Of a stretch of 63,412 nt of DNA, positions 1-9,015 are shown in pieces. The DNA comes from an uncultured Anaerolineales bacterium. GTDB taxonomy: Bacteria > Chloroflexota > Anaerolineae > Anaerolineales > UBA11858. The stretch is from contig CAZXXW010000002.1 of NCBI GenBank assembly GCA_964644835.1, positions 1-63,412 on the forward strand, given 5' to 3'. A program made the position numbers and the translations under genes. Under the pieces are notes generated by a model. The model searched no databases. It worked only from the letters and a program-made list of their open reading frames with translations, and had not been told where the DNA came from. The first letter of the stretch is position 1, and each line of letters starts with the position of its first letter.

Positions 1-275
1 CACAGTTCGACGCGGGTGATCTTGTTCTCATCTCGGGCGGTAGCATGGATGGTGGCGAACTGACCGATTTCAAGTTGGTCGCCATGCTGGGGCGCGTGGA
101 TCAACACCAACGGCCTGGAAGCCGCCTCCGCCGGGCTCAAGAAAACGTATCCGACCAGAGCCAGGACGGCGAGAACGGCGCAGAGAACGCCGATGATCCC
201 TAAGAGCGGTAAGATTCTTTTATGCCAGGGTTTTTTCGCTGCTGATTGGTAGGTGGGTGAAACATTCCTGTTCAT
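1..275 (-). CDS. membrane-anchored Ig-like domain protein, 5' part only (runs off window start); paralog of next gene
   Basis: ATG at 275 is preceded by AAGGAAGG. It translates MNRNVSPTYQSAAKKPWHKRILPLLGIIGVLCAVLAVLALVGYVF (TM anchor), then RPLVLIHAPQHGDQLEIGQFATIHATARDENKITRVEL. This is the same layout as the N-terminus of the 380..1825 product. It is absent from the ORF track because there is no stop in the window. Confidence 0.5.
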   Translation of the reverse strand, partial: MNRNVSPTYQSAAKKPWHKRILPLLGIIGVLCAVLAVLALVGYVFLSPAEAASRPLVLIHAPQHGDQLEIGQFATIHATARDENKITRVEL

Positions 276-379
276 GATATGCCTTCCTTGATCTAGAAGT
301 TGAACGCTTCGGCAATCCAGATGAAGCAAGAGGACATGGGAAACGTTCAACTTCTCCTCGAGTTTCTAAGCAGGTCGCT

Positions 380-1825
380 TTACTCCAAGTTGATTCCAAA
401 TTGAGAGAACCAGGACCACTCGCTGACATTGCCGGCGCCATCTTCGGCGCGAACCGCCCAGCGATAAGTGATACCGCAATCTACCGAGACATCTACCTGA
501 TTCGTGCTGGCGGTGTATCCGCCCGCTGATTGCCAGTTTCCAGCCGTAAGCTGCTTCTCCAGCTTGATGTAGTAGGTGGCGATGCCACTCTCGTCTTCAA
601 CCGCCGTCCATGTCAGGGTTGCCGAGCCAGCGCAGGGCAGAACGGATTCATTGGCCGGGCTCTGAGGCGTCGGCGCGGAGGGTGGCGTGGTGTCGGGGGC
701 GGGCGTCGTGGGCGTGACGGTTGGCGTGGGGGTCTCGGTCGGGGGTAGTGGTGGGGCGTCGACGACCGAAACATCACAGGTATCTGTGCTCAATGAGACG
801 ATCTCGCCCCAGACCCAACAAGTAGCGGCAGCGCTGGGATATTCCAGCACCCACCAGGAGCTATCGGCGTTGCGGCCCACGACGGTTGCATCTTGCCCTG
901 CGGCCAGCGAGGCGATCACGGGGTAATCCGGGCTGGGGCCGCTGCGGCAATTGGCACCACTCAGGGCGGTAGCGACAGGCGGACAGGTGGGCGCGGCATC
1001 TTCTTCCTCGATGGCTGTGGGCGTGAAAGTGGGTGTAATCGTCAGGGGTGTCTCCTCGACACAGAAACTCCTGACGCCAGATTCCGGCCCATGTGTGTCC
1101 GGGACGTAGGCCTTGGCGCGCCAGTAATAGCAAGTGCCCGCTGGCAGCGGCCAACTCCGGCTGGTCTCGGTGTGGTCGAGCGTGCCAAAGCCCCAACTGA
1201 TGTCAGCAAAGGAAGGGTCTTCGGAGATGTCGATCGTGTAGCTATAAGGGTGGCAGCCGTCATCCGGGTAAGACCACTCCAGCACGGGATCGGGTGCCAC
1301 GGTAGCGCCATCGGCGGGGGCAACGAGCACGGGCGCGACGAGTTCATCCGCAGCGCACTCTCCGGTGACAGGCGTAACCGTCATCGCCGAGGAGACTCGC
1401 ACGGCAACCGTCGCCGGGCTGCTCACTTCTCCGGTGGAGTCGTAAGCACGCACTTGCAACGTGTAAGTGCCCGGCTCGGTGGGAGTCCACTCCTGGGAGA
1501 ATTCGGTGAAGGTGACGCCGGCCTCAGCCGGGGCATCGCGCCGATAGGCTTCGCCGTTGATCGAGAGCACGATCTCAGCGATCCCCTCCCGGGCAGCGGC
1601 ATGAGAGAGGATTGTGACGGATTCCCCCAGGTCAAGCGTCGCTCCCTTGCTGGGAAAATCGATCCACGCCCTTGGGCCTGCTACCATTTCCCGTGTGCAG
1701 GATACCGTTCCCGCCGCGACGAGAAGTAGGATCACGATCAAATATAATTTACTCTTCAGGGTTCGCTTTTTCATCGCTTCGCTCCTTTTGGTTCTTCGAT
1801 TAAGGTCCTCAATCCGAAAATTCAT
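380..1825 (-). CDS. signal-anchored surface protein with Ig-like, SH3b-like and FN3-like modules
   Basis: Track ORF 380..1837. The ATG at 1825 gives an ATGA overlap with the stop of the upstream receiver gene. Anchor KLYLIVILLLVAAGTVSC, P/T-rich linker PPLPPTETPTPTVTPTTPAPDTTPPSAPTP, SH3b-like CRSGPSPDYPVIASLAAGQDATVVGRN..WWVLEY. Confidence 0.75.
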   Translation of the reverse strand: MNFRIEDLNRRTKRSEAMKKRTLKSKLYLIVILLLVAAGTVSCTREMVAGPRAWIDFPSKGATLDLGESVTILSHAAAREGIAEIVLSINGEAYRRDAPAEAGVTFTEFSQEWTPTEPGTYTLQVRAYDSTGEVSSPATVAVRVSSAMTVTPVTGECAADELVAPVLVAPADGATVAPDPVLEWSYPDDGCHPYSYTIDISEDPSFADISWGFGTLDHTETSRSWPLPAGTCYYWRAKAYVPDTHGPESGVRSFCVEETPLTITPTFTPTAIEEEDAAPTCPPVATALSGANCRSGPSPDYPVIASLAAGQDATVVGRNADSSWWVLEYPSAAATCWVWGEIVSLSTDTCDVSVVDAPPLPPTETPTPTVTPTTPAPDTTPPSAPTPQSPANESVLPCAGSATLTWTAVEDESGIATYYIKLEKQLTAGNWQSAGGYTASTNQVDVSVDCGITYRWAVRAEDGAGNVSEWSWFSQFGINLE

Positions 1826-2193
1826 CTCGCCATCCATGTTTTTACAAGGTCCAAATCAAGACGATCTTTAGGGATGAACGCTTCGGCCCCGACTTCTTGT
1901 GCCGAGGTCTGAAAGACATTGGCGCTGTCATGGTAGGCGCTGACGAGATAGATGCGCATATTCCCGGCCAATGCTTTCAGCCTTGGGGCGCCTTCCACAC
2001 CGCTGACATCGGGCAGCATCACGTCGACAACGGCAATATCGGGCTGCAAATCGGCAACCAGCTTCTCGGCGGAAGGGATGTCCTCCGCTTCGCCCACCAC
2101 AGTCATGCCTGCATGCGTGAGCAGTTTCTGTAGTTGGCGGCGGAAGGAGGGTTGATCGTCTATGATTAGAACACGGGGCATGGTCGTTACCAT
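1822..2193 (-). CDS. stand-alone response regulator receiver domain protein
   Basis: MPRVLIIDDQ..PDIAVVDVMLPDVSG..YLVSAY is a CheY-like receiver with no output domain. An alternative start lies at 2181. Confidence 0.85.
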   Translation of the reverse strand: MVTTMPRVLIIDDQPSFRRQLQKLLTHAGMTVVGEAEDIPSAEKLVADLQPDIAVVDVMLPDVSGVEGAPRLKALAGNMRIYLVSAYHDSANVFQTSAQEVGAEAFIPKDRLDLDLVKTWMAR

Positions 2194-2354
2194 TCTTTCT
2201 AAACGGAATCTTTTCTTGATCCTATGGTAACAAAAAGCGAATTCAAGTCATCGGGCTGAAGTACCGATTTGGTACTATTTTTTGCCGGAAAACTCGGTAC
2301 AAGGGTACCAGGAGGGTGTCAGGTAATGAGGTTTGAGGTGTCAGGTGTCAAGTA

Positions 2355-4565
2355 TCAGGGACGGGTGCTGTTCCAGATCACTCGAACGGTGGTGCCTTGC
2401 CCCGGCGCGGATTCCAGGCTCCATGTCCCCCCGATCAATTCGATCCGCTCGCGCATACCGACAAGGCCGTAATGATCTTGGGTGGGCAAGTTGTGCAGCG
2501 TCTCCGGGACTTCGAATCCGCGGCCATCATCGCGGATGATCATGCAGAGTTGGTCACCCTCCCAGGTCAGAGAGATGTCGACGCGCTGCGCTCTGGCATG
2601 CCGGGCGACATTGCCCAAGGCTTCTTGGGTCACCCGATAGAGATTGAGAGCGACTTCGTCGGGCAACTGCCGCAAAATCTCATCGGCGGGCAAATCGAGA
2701 CTTGTCTCCACCCTATGATGTTGCCCCCATTCTTCGGTGTGCGAGCGCAGCGCGGCACCCAAACCGAGCGAATCCAGCATCGGAGGGCGCAACTCGGCAC
2801 AGACCTGGCGCAACTCGGAGAGAAGTTCACGAACCTCGGCGCGCATCTCCGACAGGGGCTGGCGCAACGGAGAATCTCGATCCCCCTCGGCCAGCAACAA
2901 GCCCAACTGAATGTTCAGACCGACCAGGGTCTGTACGGGGCTGTCGTGCAACTCACGGGATAGGCGCGCCCGTTCCTCCTCACGGGAACGGAGCAATTGG
3001 CGTTGTGTCTGAGTCAACGTCTCACGGCTGGCCTGTAACGCATCGAGTTGTCGCCGCAGGGTCTCCACAAGGAGGACATTATTCAAAGCGATTTCGGCCT
3101 GGCGGGCGAGCGTGTTGAGAATACGAAGATCGACCTCGGACAAATCACTGCCATCTTGGTGAGGGCCAACCGACCACTGCGCGGGGACGTCACTCTGAAA
3201 TTTGAACCGAAAGCGTTCATGAGGCGGTGGCACGGAGGGGAACGTAGCGTTCGATTCGCCAATCCACAAGTGGCCGGATCGTAATTGCATCATCTCCGGG
3301 ACTTGTTGGGTGAGCACAGCGCGGACCTCTTCGCGGGCCAGACTTCGGGCAAGAGCATCACTGACGGTTTCGACCACGCCGGGATAGTCGTACCAGCCAC
3401 CATAGAAAAGTCGATCGACGAAACGCTGCACCCGCGTCCGGGCCCAATCGAACGACCAGCCGACCAACAAGGTCAGGCCGGAAATCACGACCATCTGCAA
3501 GAAAATGTTGCCCGGCAAGCGCCAATAGAGCAACAGGAACGGCCCCAGGTAGAGACCAAAAATCCCCAATGACAGAATTGTGTAGACCAAGGTACGGTTG
3601 AGCAGGTGATCAATATCGAACAAGTGATGGCGGGCAGTGGCGTAGAGATAGCTAAACACGGCGATAACCAAAAACAAGCTGGTTGCCCATTCTGGCAAGA
3701 TCGGTGTGAAACCGAAAACAGCAGGTAATATGTACAAGAGGATGGGGGGGATTCCGGCCAACAAGGTGCCAAAGACAACCACGCGCAAGCGACGCCGGCT
3801 ATCCAACTCGGTGCGGTATCGATACGAATAGAGCATCACCGAGATAGCGACGACCGCGATGATAAAATGGTAGCCGGCCCCAATCTGCCATCCCAAGCGA
3901 CCGACGAACATCCAGCCGATCAAGGCTAGAGGAATGCCAGCATAAAGAAAGAAAAGGCCCCAGCGATAAGAAGACAAAATTCGGCCCATGGGACGAGGAA
4001 AGAGCAGGAGGTAATGGAGCAAGAGTGGGGCGATAGCAAAATAGCTGGTGAATTTGAGAACAAGTAGCCCAAATGGCGGCATAGACGGGGAGGGATGAGC
4101 TAATGGAAAAATCATCGCTACTGCGATGGCCTGAGAAAGAGAGAAAAGAACGCGCACTTCCGGCTGTCGATAACGCTGTCGCAATACCAAGACGCTGCTC
4201 AACCAGAAAACAAGTACGACGAAATTGGTGCTGTTGACAGCCAGATGGCTGGCCTGTTCCAGGGTGATCTTCGGCGTCAACAGCGTGATTTGTGTTTGGG
4301 AGGCTCCCAAGTCGATCGTATAGGGGACAGGTTGAGTTAGGTCATAGTAATACCAGTAGAGCGATTCGCCCCCTGGCTCAACGCCGTCACGCTGCTCCGA
4401 AATCACCCGATAGGTGAATAGCCCCTTCCCTCTTTCTAACGAGAGCGCTGCTCTCGGTTTTTGCCATTGACTGAACAGATTATAGCCGAGCAACAAAGGG
4501 GCGATGATCCCCAATAGCCAGATGGCCCTGCCCCAAACATTTGGGCGCTTTGATTTGGCGTTCAT
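2355..4565 (-). CDS. sensor histidine kinase (HisKA_3/NarX-DegS type) with large polytopic N-terminal domain
   Basis: Roughly 400 aa of hydrophobic helices, then H-box ELHDSPVQTL and HATPase_c motifs (NVARHA, DDGRGF, GLVGMRER). The ATG at 4565 gives an ATGA overlap with the RR stop. Confidence 0.9.
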   Translation of the reverse strand: MNAKSKRPNVWGRAIWLLGIIAPLLLGYNLFSQWQKPRAALSLERGKGLFTYRVISEQRDGVEPGGESLYWYYYDLTQPVPYTIDLGASQTQITLLTPKITLEQASHLAVNSTNFVVLVFWLSSVLVLRQRYRQPEVRVLFSLSQAIAVAMIFPLAHPSPSMPPFGLLVLKFTSYFAIAPLLLHYLLLFPRPMGRILSSYRWGLFFLYAGIPLALIGWMFVGRLGWQIGAGYHFIIAVVAISVMLYSYRYRTELDSRRRLRVVVFGTLLAGIPPILLYILPAVFGFTPILPEWATSLFLVIAVFSYLYATARHHLFDIDHLLNRTLVYTILSLGIFGLYLGPFLLLYWRLPGNIFLQMVVISGLTLLVGWSFDWARTRVQRFVDRLFYGGWYDYPGVVETVSDALARSLAREEVRAVLTQQVPEMMQLRSGHLWIGESNATFPSVPPPHERFRFKFQSDVPAQWSVGPHQDGSDLSEVDLRILNTLARQAEIALNNVLLVETLRRQLDALQASRETLTQTQRQLLRSREEERARLSRELHDSPVQTLVGLNIQLGLLLAEGDRDSPLRQPLSEMRAEVRELLSELRQVCAELRPPMLDSLGLGAALRSHTEEWGQHHRVETSLDLPADEILRQLPDEVALNLYRVTQEALGNVARHARAQRVDISLTWEGDQLCMIIRDDGRGFEVPETLHNLPTQDHYGLVGMRERIELIGGTWSLESAPGQGTTVRVIWNSTRP

Positions 4566-5230
4566 GACGACGGACTCACCCATCCCCGGTTGATGGCGTA
4601 CAGCATCGCTTCGGTGCGGCTGGAAACCATCAACTTGCCGTAGATGTTGCTGACATGATTCTGGACGGTGCGTTTGGTGATCGAAAGCTGGTCGGCGATG
4701 GCGGTGTTATCCAAGCCTTGGGCGAGCAGACAGAGCACCTCCATTTCGCGGGGCGTCAGGCTCTCGCCTTCCGCAGTTGGGGCTTCAGGCTGAGGCGATT
4801 TTTTTGCCACGGCCCGGCGCACCACCTGGCTGGCCACAGAGGGACTGAGCCAACTCTCCCCCCCCGCGGTGGCAGACACCGCGTTGGCCAATGTCTCCAG
4901 GGCTTCATCTTTGAGCACATAGCCGGTCGCCCCACTTTCGAGCAGACCAAAGATCATCTCAGGATCATCGTGCGCCGTCAGAGCAAGAATGGCCGTGCTC
5001 GTCACCTGGACTTGTAATTGCCGGACGACCTCCAATCCGCTTTGATCGGGCAGATTGATGTCTAACACAAGCACATCGGGCTGGTGCTCCGCGACAAGCG
5101 CTAGGGCTTCAACGGCGCTGCCCCCTTCGGCCAAAACGTGGATGCCCTCATCCAAATCAAGAACAGAGCGCATACCTGCGCGGACGATAGGATGATCGTC
5201 GATCATGATGACAGTGATGAGCGAATTCAT
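4562..5230 (-). CDS. NarL/LuxR-family response regulator
   Basis: ATG at 5230 (MNSLITVIMIDDHPIVRAG). Receiver plus GerE/LuxR HTH (LTPREMEVLCLLAQGLDNTAIADQLSITKRTVQNHVSNIYGKL). The longer track ORF (to 5449) adds a non-homologous N-terminus. Confidence 0.9.
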   Translation of the reverse strand: MNSLITVIMIDDHPIVRAGMRSVLDLDEGIHVLAEGGSAVEALALVAEHQPDVLVLDINLPDQSGLEVVRQLQVQVTSTAILALTAHDDPEMIFGLLESGATGYVLKDEALETLANAVSATAGGESWLSPSVASQVVRRAVAKKSPQPEAPTAEGESLTPREMEVLCLLAQGLDNTAIADQLSITKRTVQNHVSNIYGKLMVSSRTEAMLYAINRGWVSPSS

Positions 5231-5286
5231 GGCTGTACCTGTGACGGAAAGGGATTGATCAGCTATGAGCACATTATACCGTCTCT

Positions 5287-5316
5287 TTGCCTCAAAATCA
5301 CTTTTACCAGTATAAT
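5287..5316 (+). promoter_or_regulatory. sigma-70-like promoter, probably giving a leaderless ppiC-type mRNA
   Basis: TTGCCT (5287-5292), 18 nt spacer, TATAAT (5311-5316). The ATG of the next CDS is at 5324, only 7 nt after the -10 box. Confidence 0.45.
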
Positions 5317-5323
5317 TAGGGCG

Positions 5324-6217
5324 ATGAAAAAAGAAACCCCACTGCTCTTCTGGCTGCTGTGCTGCCTGCTGATCTTGACCGCTTGCCAGGGAGAGCCAGA
5401 ACAACAACCAACCGATCTCGCCACCCAGGCGATCACCGAGGAGCAACAAGCGACGGCCACCCGGCCAACGCCCTCGGAGACGCCGGTTCCGCTTGCTGCC
5501 CAGGCGAATGATTCCAGCATCACCATGAGCGAGTTCGAAGCGGAGCTAGAACGCTATCGCAGCGCCACAGGTACGGAACCAACCGACGAGGACGTAGAGA
5601 AGGTCATCCAAGAGATGATCGATCAACTGCTCCTCGCTCAGGCAGCCGCAGAGGCAGGTTTTCAAGTCGATCAGGCCATCTTGGAAGCGAGAATCGAGCA
5701 ACTTGGCCTCAGTCCCGAGGCCTTGCAAGCCTGGCAAGATACGTATGGTTACACGCAAGAGCAATTCGAAGCATCTCTCTCGCGTGCCATCGCCGCAGCC
5801 TGGATGCGCGATGAAATCATTGCAAAAACGTCAGAAACAGCCGAACAGGTGCACGCCCGTCAGATTTTGCTATATAATTCAGATGAAGCTGAGACCGCTC
5901 TAAACCAACTTAACGCCGGCGCCGATTTCGAGACCCTGGCGGAACAATACGATCCCATCACCCGGGGTGATTTAGGCTGGTTTCCGCGCGGTTATCTCAC
6001 CGTCCCAGAACTCGACGAGGTCGTCTTCGCGCTTGAACCGGGCGAACACAGTGACGTGATCGAAACGGCGTTAGGCTTTCATATTGTCCAGGTGGTTGAA
6101 CAAGAAGACGACCGCCCGCTCGGCCCAGATGCCTACCGGATGATGCAGGCGGAGACATTGGCAAAATGGCTTCAGGAACGGCGCCAACAAAGCGAGAGCA
6201 CGCTTTACGTACCCTAA
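5324..6217 (+). CDS. lipoprotein peptidyl-prolyl cis-trans isomerase (parvulin/PpiC type, SurA/PrsA-like)
   Basis: MKKETPLLFWLLCCLLILTAC lipobox. Parvulin core HARQILL..GDLGWFPRGYLTVPELDEVVFALEPGEHSDVIETALGFHIVQV. Confidence 0.85.
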   Translation: MKKETPLLFWLLCCLLILTACQGEPEQQPTDLATQAITEEQQATATRPTPSETPVPLAAQANDSSITMSEFEAELERYRSATGTEPTDEDVEKVIQEMIDQLLLAQAAAEAGFQVDQAILEARIEQLGLSPEALQAWQDTYGYTQEQFEASLSRAIAAAWMRDEIIAKTSETAEQVHARQILLYNSDEAETALNQLNAGADFETLAEQYDPITRGDLGWFPRGYLTVPELDEVVFALEPGEHSDVIETALGFHIVQVVEQEDDRPLGPDAYRMMQAETLAKWLQERRQQSESTLYVP

Positions 6218-6242
6218 CCATCCCTCGGAAAGGGAGCATAGT

Positions 6243-7028
6243 ATGGAAAAAGACATCTTTGATTACGTGGAAGAAGAAGAGGAGCAGCAGGAGCCTGCCA
6301 ACACCGACATGGTCTGGAACATTTTGACCATCGTTGTCCTGGTGATGACGCTGTGTGTGGGCGTCGGCTTTCTAACCGTCTTTATCAACCCGAACGTTGG
6401 CTTGAACCCCTTCCCCCCGCCCACGATGCCGCAAGCCCTGGCATTCGATACGCCCACACCGACGCCCAAGCAGGTTCTGCCGCCTACCTGGACGGCTATC
6501 GCTACCGAGATTCCTCCTACCGAAACGCCCAGCCCTACCCCAGCACCAACCGACACAACCATTGCCGAGGTGACCGCCACGACCGCTCCGGAGGGAGGCG
6601 GCGACCAACCGGAGCAGGGTGGTGGCCAACCGGCGGGAGATATGTCCTATGTTTTGATGGACGGGAATCCCCAATACCTGCCCAATCTCTTCCATGCCGA
6701 GCTGGGATGCAACTGGTTTGGTGTCGGCGGACAAACGATCAGCTTGAATAGTGCTCCCGTTACCGGTGTGGTCATTAACCTTGGCGGGGAACTCGCCGGT
6801 GAAACCCTCGATCTTGTCACCATCACCGGGATTGCGACTCAGTACGGCCCGGCAGGCTACGAGTTTGACCTGACCGAATACGTCGACGGACCCGTGGCAA
6901 CGAGCCAATCCCTGTGGATACGAGTTCTCGATCAGGCAGGCAATCCCCTCTCCGACAAAATCTATTTCGACACGTTCGAGGATTGCGAAAAAAGCACCAT
7001 CGTGATCTACATGAAACAGACGAAATAG
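6243..7028 (+). CDS. hypothetical membrane-anchored protein with P/T-rich linker
   Basis: Acidic N-terminus, one TM helix (WNILTIVVLVMTLCVGVGFLTVF), a PTPTPK..PTETPSPTPAPTDT linker and a globular C-terminal domain. AGGGAG lies upstream of the ATG. Confidence 0.6.
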   Translation: MEKDIFDYVEEEEEQQEPANTDMVWNILTIVVLVMTLCVGVGFLTVFINPNVGLNPFPPPTMPQALAFDTPTPTPKQVLPPTWTAIATEIPPTETPSPTPAPTDTTIAEVTATTAPEGGGDQPEQGGGQPAGDMSYVLMDGNPQYLPNLFHAELGCNWFGVGGQTISLNSAPVTGVVINLGGELAGETLDLVTITGIATQYGPAGYEFDLTEYVDGPVATSQSLWIRVLDQAGNPLSDKIYFDTFEDCEKSTIVIYMKQTK

Positions 7029-7046
7029 CAACCCCCATTTGATCTC

Positions 7047-7077
7047 AAAAGCCCAGGCCAAACGCCTGGGCTTTTTT
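7047..7077. terminator. bidirectional intrinsic terminator between convergent genes
   Basis: AAAAGCCCAGGC-caaac-GCCTGGGCTTTTTT. Confidence 0.6.
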
Positions 7078-7693
7078 AGTTCCCCAATGCAGGGAAACGC
7101 CGTTGGGCATGCTCGCCGAGGAGCCCAACAGCCCGATCGATCAACGCCCGATTGGACTCCTTCTGATGCCAGCGGCTGGCCCCGGAGGAATGCGGCAAGG
7201 GCACAATCCAGCGGCCATCGACTTGTTTCTGCCTGCCGATGATCTCGGTGAGATTCAAGCTGCGGGGAAAGTATAGATTCACGGCCAGACGCCCGATCGG
7301 AATAATTACCTCGGGGTTGACCAACTCGATCTCCCGATCGAGGTAAGGGCGGCACAACGTTTGCTCACTGCGGGTGGGCACCCGGTCGCCGCTGCCCGAT
7401 TTGGCCCGCCCCGGATAGCACTTGGTCACCGAGGTCATGTACTGGGTGGCCCGGAACCAATCTTCCTCGATACCGGCGCCGGAGAGCCACTCGAATAAGC
7501 GCGTCCCACTCCCTGCGTTGAACGGCCTCCCCGCTTCCACCTCGGTGATCCCCGGAGCCTGGCCGATGGTCATCAAGCGAGCACCTTCTCCACCGGAAAA
7601 AATCGCCGGGGGCGTGATCTCATAGCCCTGCTCCAGGCACAGGCGGCACTCGCGCATTTGTCGATGCAATTTCTCTAAACTTTGCGAAGGCAC
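7076..7693 (-). CDS. uracil-DNA glycosylase superfamily protein (family 4/5-like)
   Basis: GQAPGITEVEAGRPFNAGSG and C-terminal HSSGASRW motifs; CRLC near the N-terminus. Confidence 0.8.
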   Translation of the reverse strand: MPSQSLEKLHRQMRECRLCLEQGYEITPPAIFSGGEGARLMTIGQAPGITEVEAGRPFNAGSGTRLFEWLSGAGIEEDWFRATQYMTSVTKCYPGRAKSGSGDRVPTRSEQTLCRPYLDREIELVNPEVIIPIGRLAVNLYFPRSLNLTEIIGRQKQVDGRWIVPLPHSSGASRWHQKESNRALIDRAVGLLGEHAQRRFPALGN

Positions 7694-7694
7694 G

Positions 7695-8543
7695 TCAGTT
7701 CTCCTCGCTCAACGTTTGCCAAGTTTCTTTGACCAGCAGAGCATCTTTTTCCAGAATAGGACTTTCGCAAAGGATGCGCCCGCCGCAATTCAGATCGATC
7801 AGCGCTTGCAAGATCGCTTCCAGCTTTAAATCGGATTCCTGGATGGGGAGATGCTCCTGCTCACCCCTGTCGGTGTACTCGATGCCGGAGAGGTGGATAT
7901 GTAACCGCTGCAGGGATTCGTTTCCCAGCGCGTTGGCATAGACTTGTAACACCGCGACCCATTCGTCATACGTGTTCATGCTGCCGTCGCCGGGGCGGGC
8001 GTGCAGATGGGGGAAATCGAGACATGGCTCCACGCCGTCGATGGCCGCGCTCATCTTCAAGGTGTCATCCAGCGAGCCGATCACCGCGCCCTTACCCATC
8101 GTTTCAGGTCGTAGGGTAACCGGGTTGCTCTCGGCGCGCAATTCCCGGACACAACCGTCCAGGCGTTCAATCACGCCGGGAAGCACCTCCTCCGCGGGCC
8201 GCTCGAAGTACGAGCCGGGATGAAAAACGATATCCGTCGCCCCGGCCAGGAAGCCGGACCGAGCCGCATCCATCAACCGCTTGCGGGATTTGGGCCATTC
8301 CTGCGCATCGGCGTTGAGGTTGATGTAATAGGGCGCGTGCACGCTCAGGGCGATATCGTTCTCCGCTGCGGCGGCTTTGATTTTGGCGCAGGTCTTGGCA
8401 CTCACCCGCACGGAGCGGACCCAGCCGATTTCGAAGGCGCTTAGCCCCAGAGTGCGCAAGTGAATCGTCGCGCCCTCGCTGCCGCCGGGACTTTTGGGTG
8501 TGGTTTTAGGGGAACCGACGGTTCCAAAACGAAATGAAAGCAT
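7695..8543 (-). CDS. nfo: endonuclease IV-type TIM-barrel AP endonuclease
   Basis: ATG at 8543 (MLSFRFGTVG). SVHAPYYINLNA, FHPG and HLHLSGIEY metal-site-like motifs. The stop is 1 nt from the UDG start. Confidence 0.75.
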   Translation of the reverse strand: MLSFRFGTVGSPKTTPKSPGGSEGATIHLRTLGLSAFEIGWVRSVRVSAKTCAKIKAAAAENDIALSVHAPYYINLNADAQEWPKSRKRLMDAARSGFLAGATDIVFHPGSYFERPAEEVLPGVIERLDGCVRELRAESNPVTLRPETMGKGAVIGSLDDTLKMSAAIDGVEPCLDFPHLHARPGDGSMNTYDEWVAVLQVYANALGNESLQRLHIHLSGIEYTDRGEQEHLPIQESDLKLEAILQALIDLNCGGRILCESPILEKDALLVKETWQTLSEEN

Positions 8544-8584
8544 GGACGAACTCCCTTGCTTATTTTTACAAGAAGAACTATGTA

Positions 8585-8977
8585 TCAAGGATTGACGAAT
8601 AAAAGCGCGATTCTTCTCCACAACGGCGGCCCGATGACCAGAAAGCCGACAAGCACCGAAGCGGCCGCGACGATCAACACCCCGGCAGCGCTGATGTCTT
8701 TGGCGATTTTAGCCAGCTCATGCTGCTCCGGGCTGACCAGATCGGTAAGAACTTCCAGGGCGGTGTTGAACGCCTCCGCAGCCCAGACCAAGGCGATAGT
8801 CAAGACAATCACCGCCCAGTCTCGCAGGGATAGTCTCAACCAGGCGCAGATGACAATCACAGCGAGGGTAAAGGCGGCGTGGACACGGGCGTTCCGCTCG
8901 GTGTGCAGTAAGCGCCAGCAGCCTTCCAGGGCGTGGCGAAGCGCTTCGGAAAACGGGCGTTGGGGTTGTTGTTGCAT
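8585..8977 (-). CDS. dgkA: diacylglycerol/undecaprenol kinase
   Basis: NARVHAAFTLAVIV..AAEAFNTALEVLTDLVSPEQHELAKIAKDISAAGVL: three-TM DgkA pattern. Confidence 0.85.
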   Translation of the reverse strand: MQQQPQRPFSEALRHALEGCWRLLHTERNARVHAAFTLAVIVICAWLRLSLRDWAVIVLTIALVWAAEAFNTALEVLTDLVSPEQHELAKIAKDISAAGVLIVAAASVLVGFLVIGPPLWRRIALLFVNP

Positions 8978-9015
8978 AAGGGAATTCGCTCCGCTAGATC
9001 ACCTGATCACAGCCA

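Noticed and set aside
220-441. 73-aa ORF at the junction of the two Ig-like protein genes.
   Set aside because: It is out of frame with the RBS-preceded ATG at 275, which gives a paralogous anchor plus Ig module. It also overlaps the 3' end of the 380..1825 gene.
6372-7355. 327-aa minus-strand ORF spanning two convergent genes and their terminator.
   Set aside because: It is Arg/Gly-rich and crosses a strong bidirectional terminator. Both overlapped genes are better supported.
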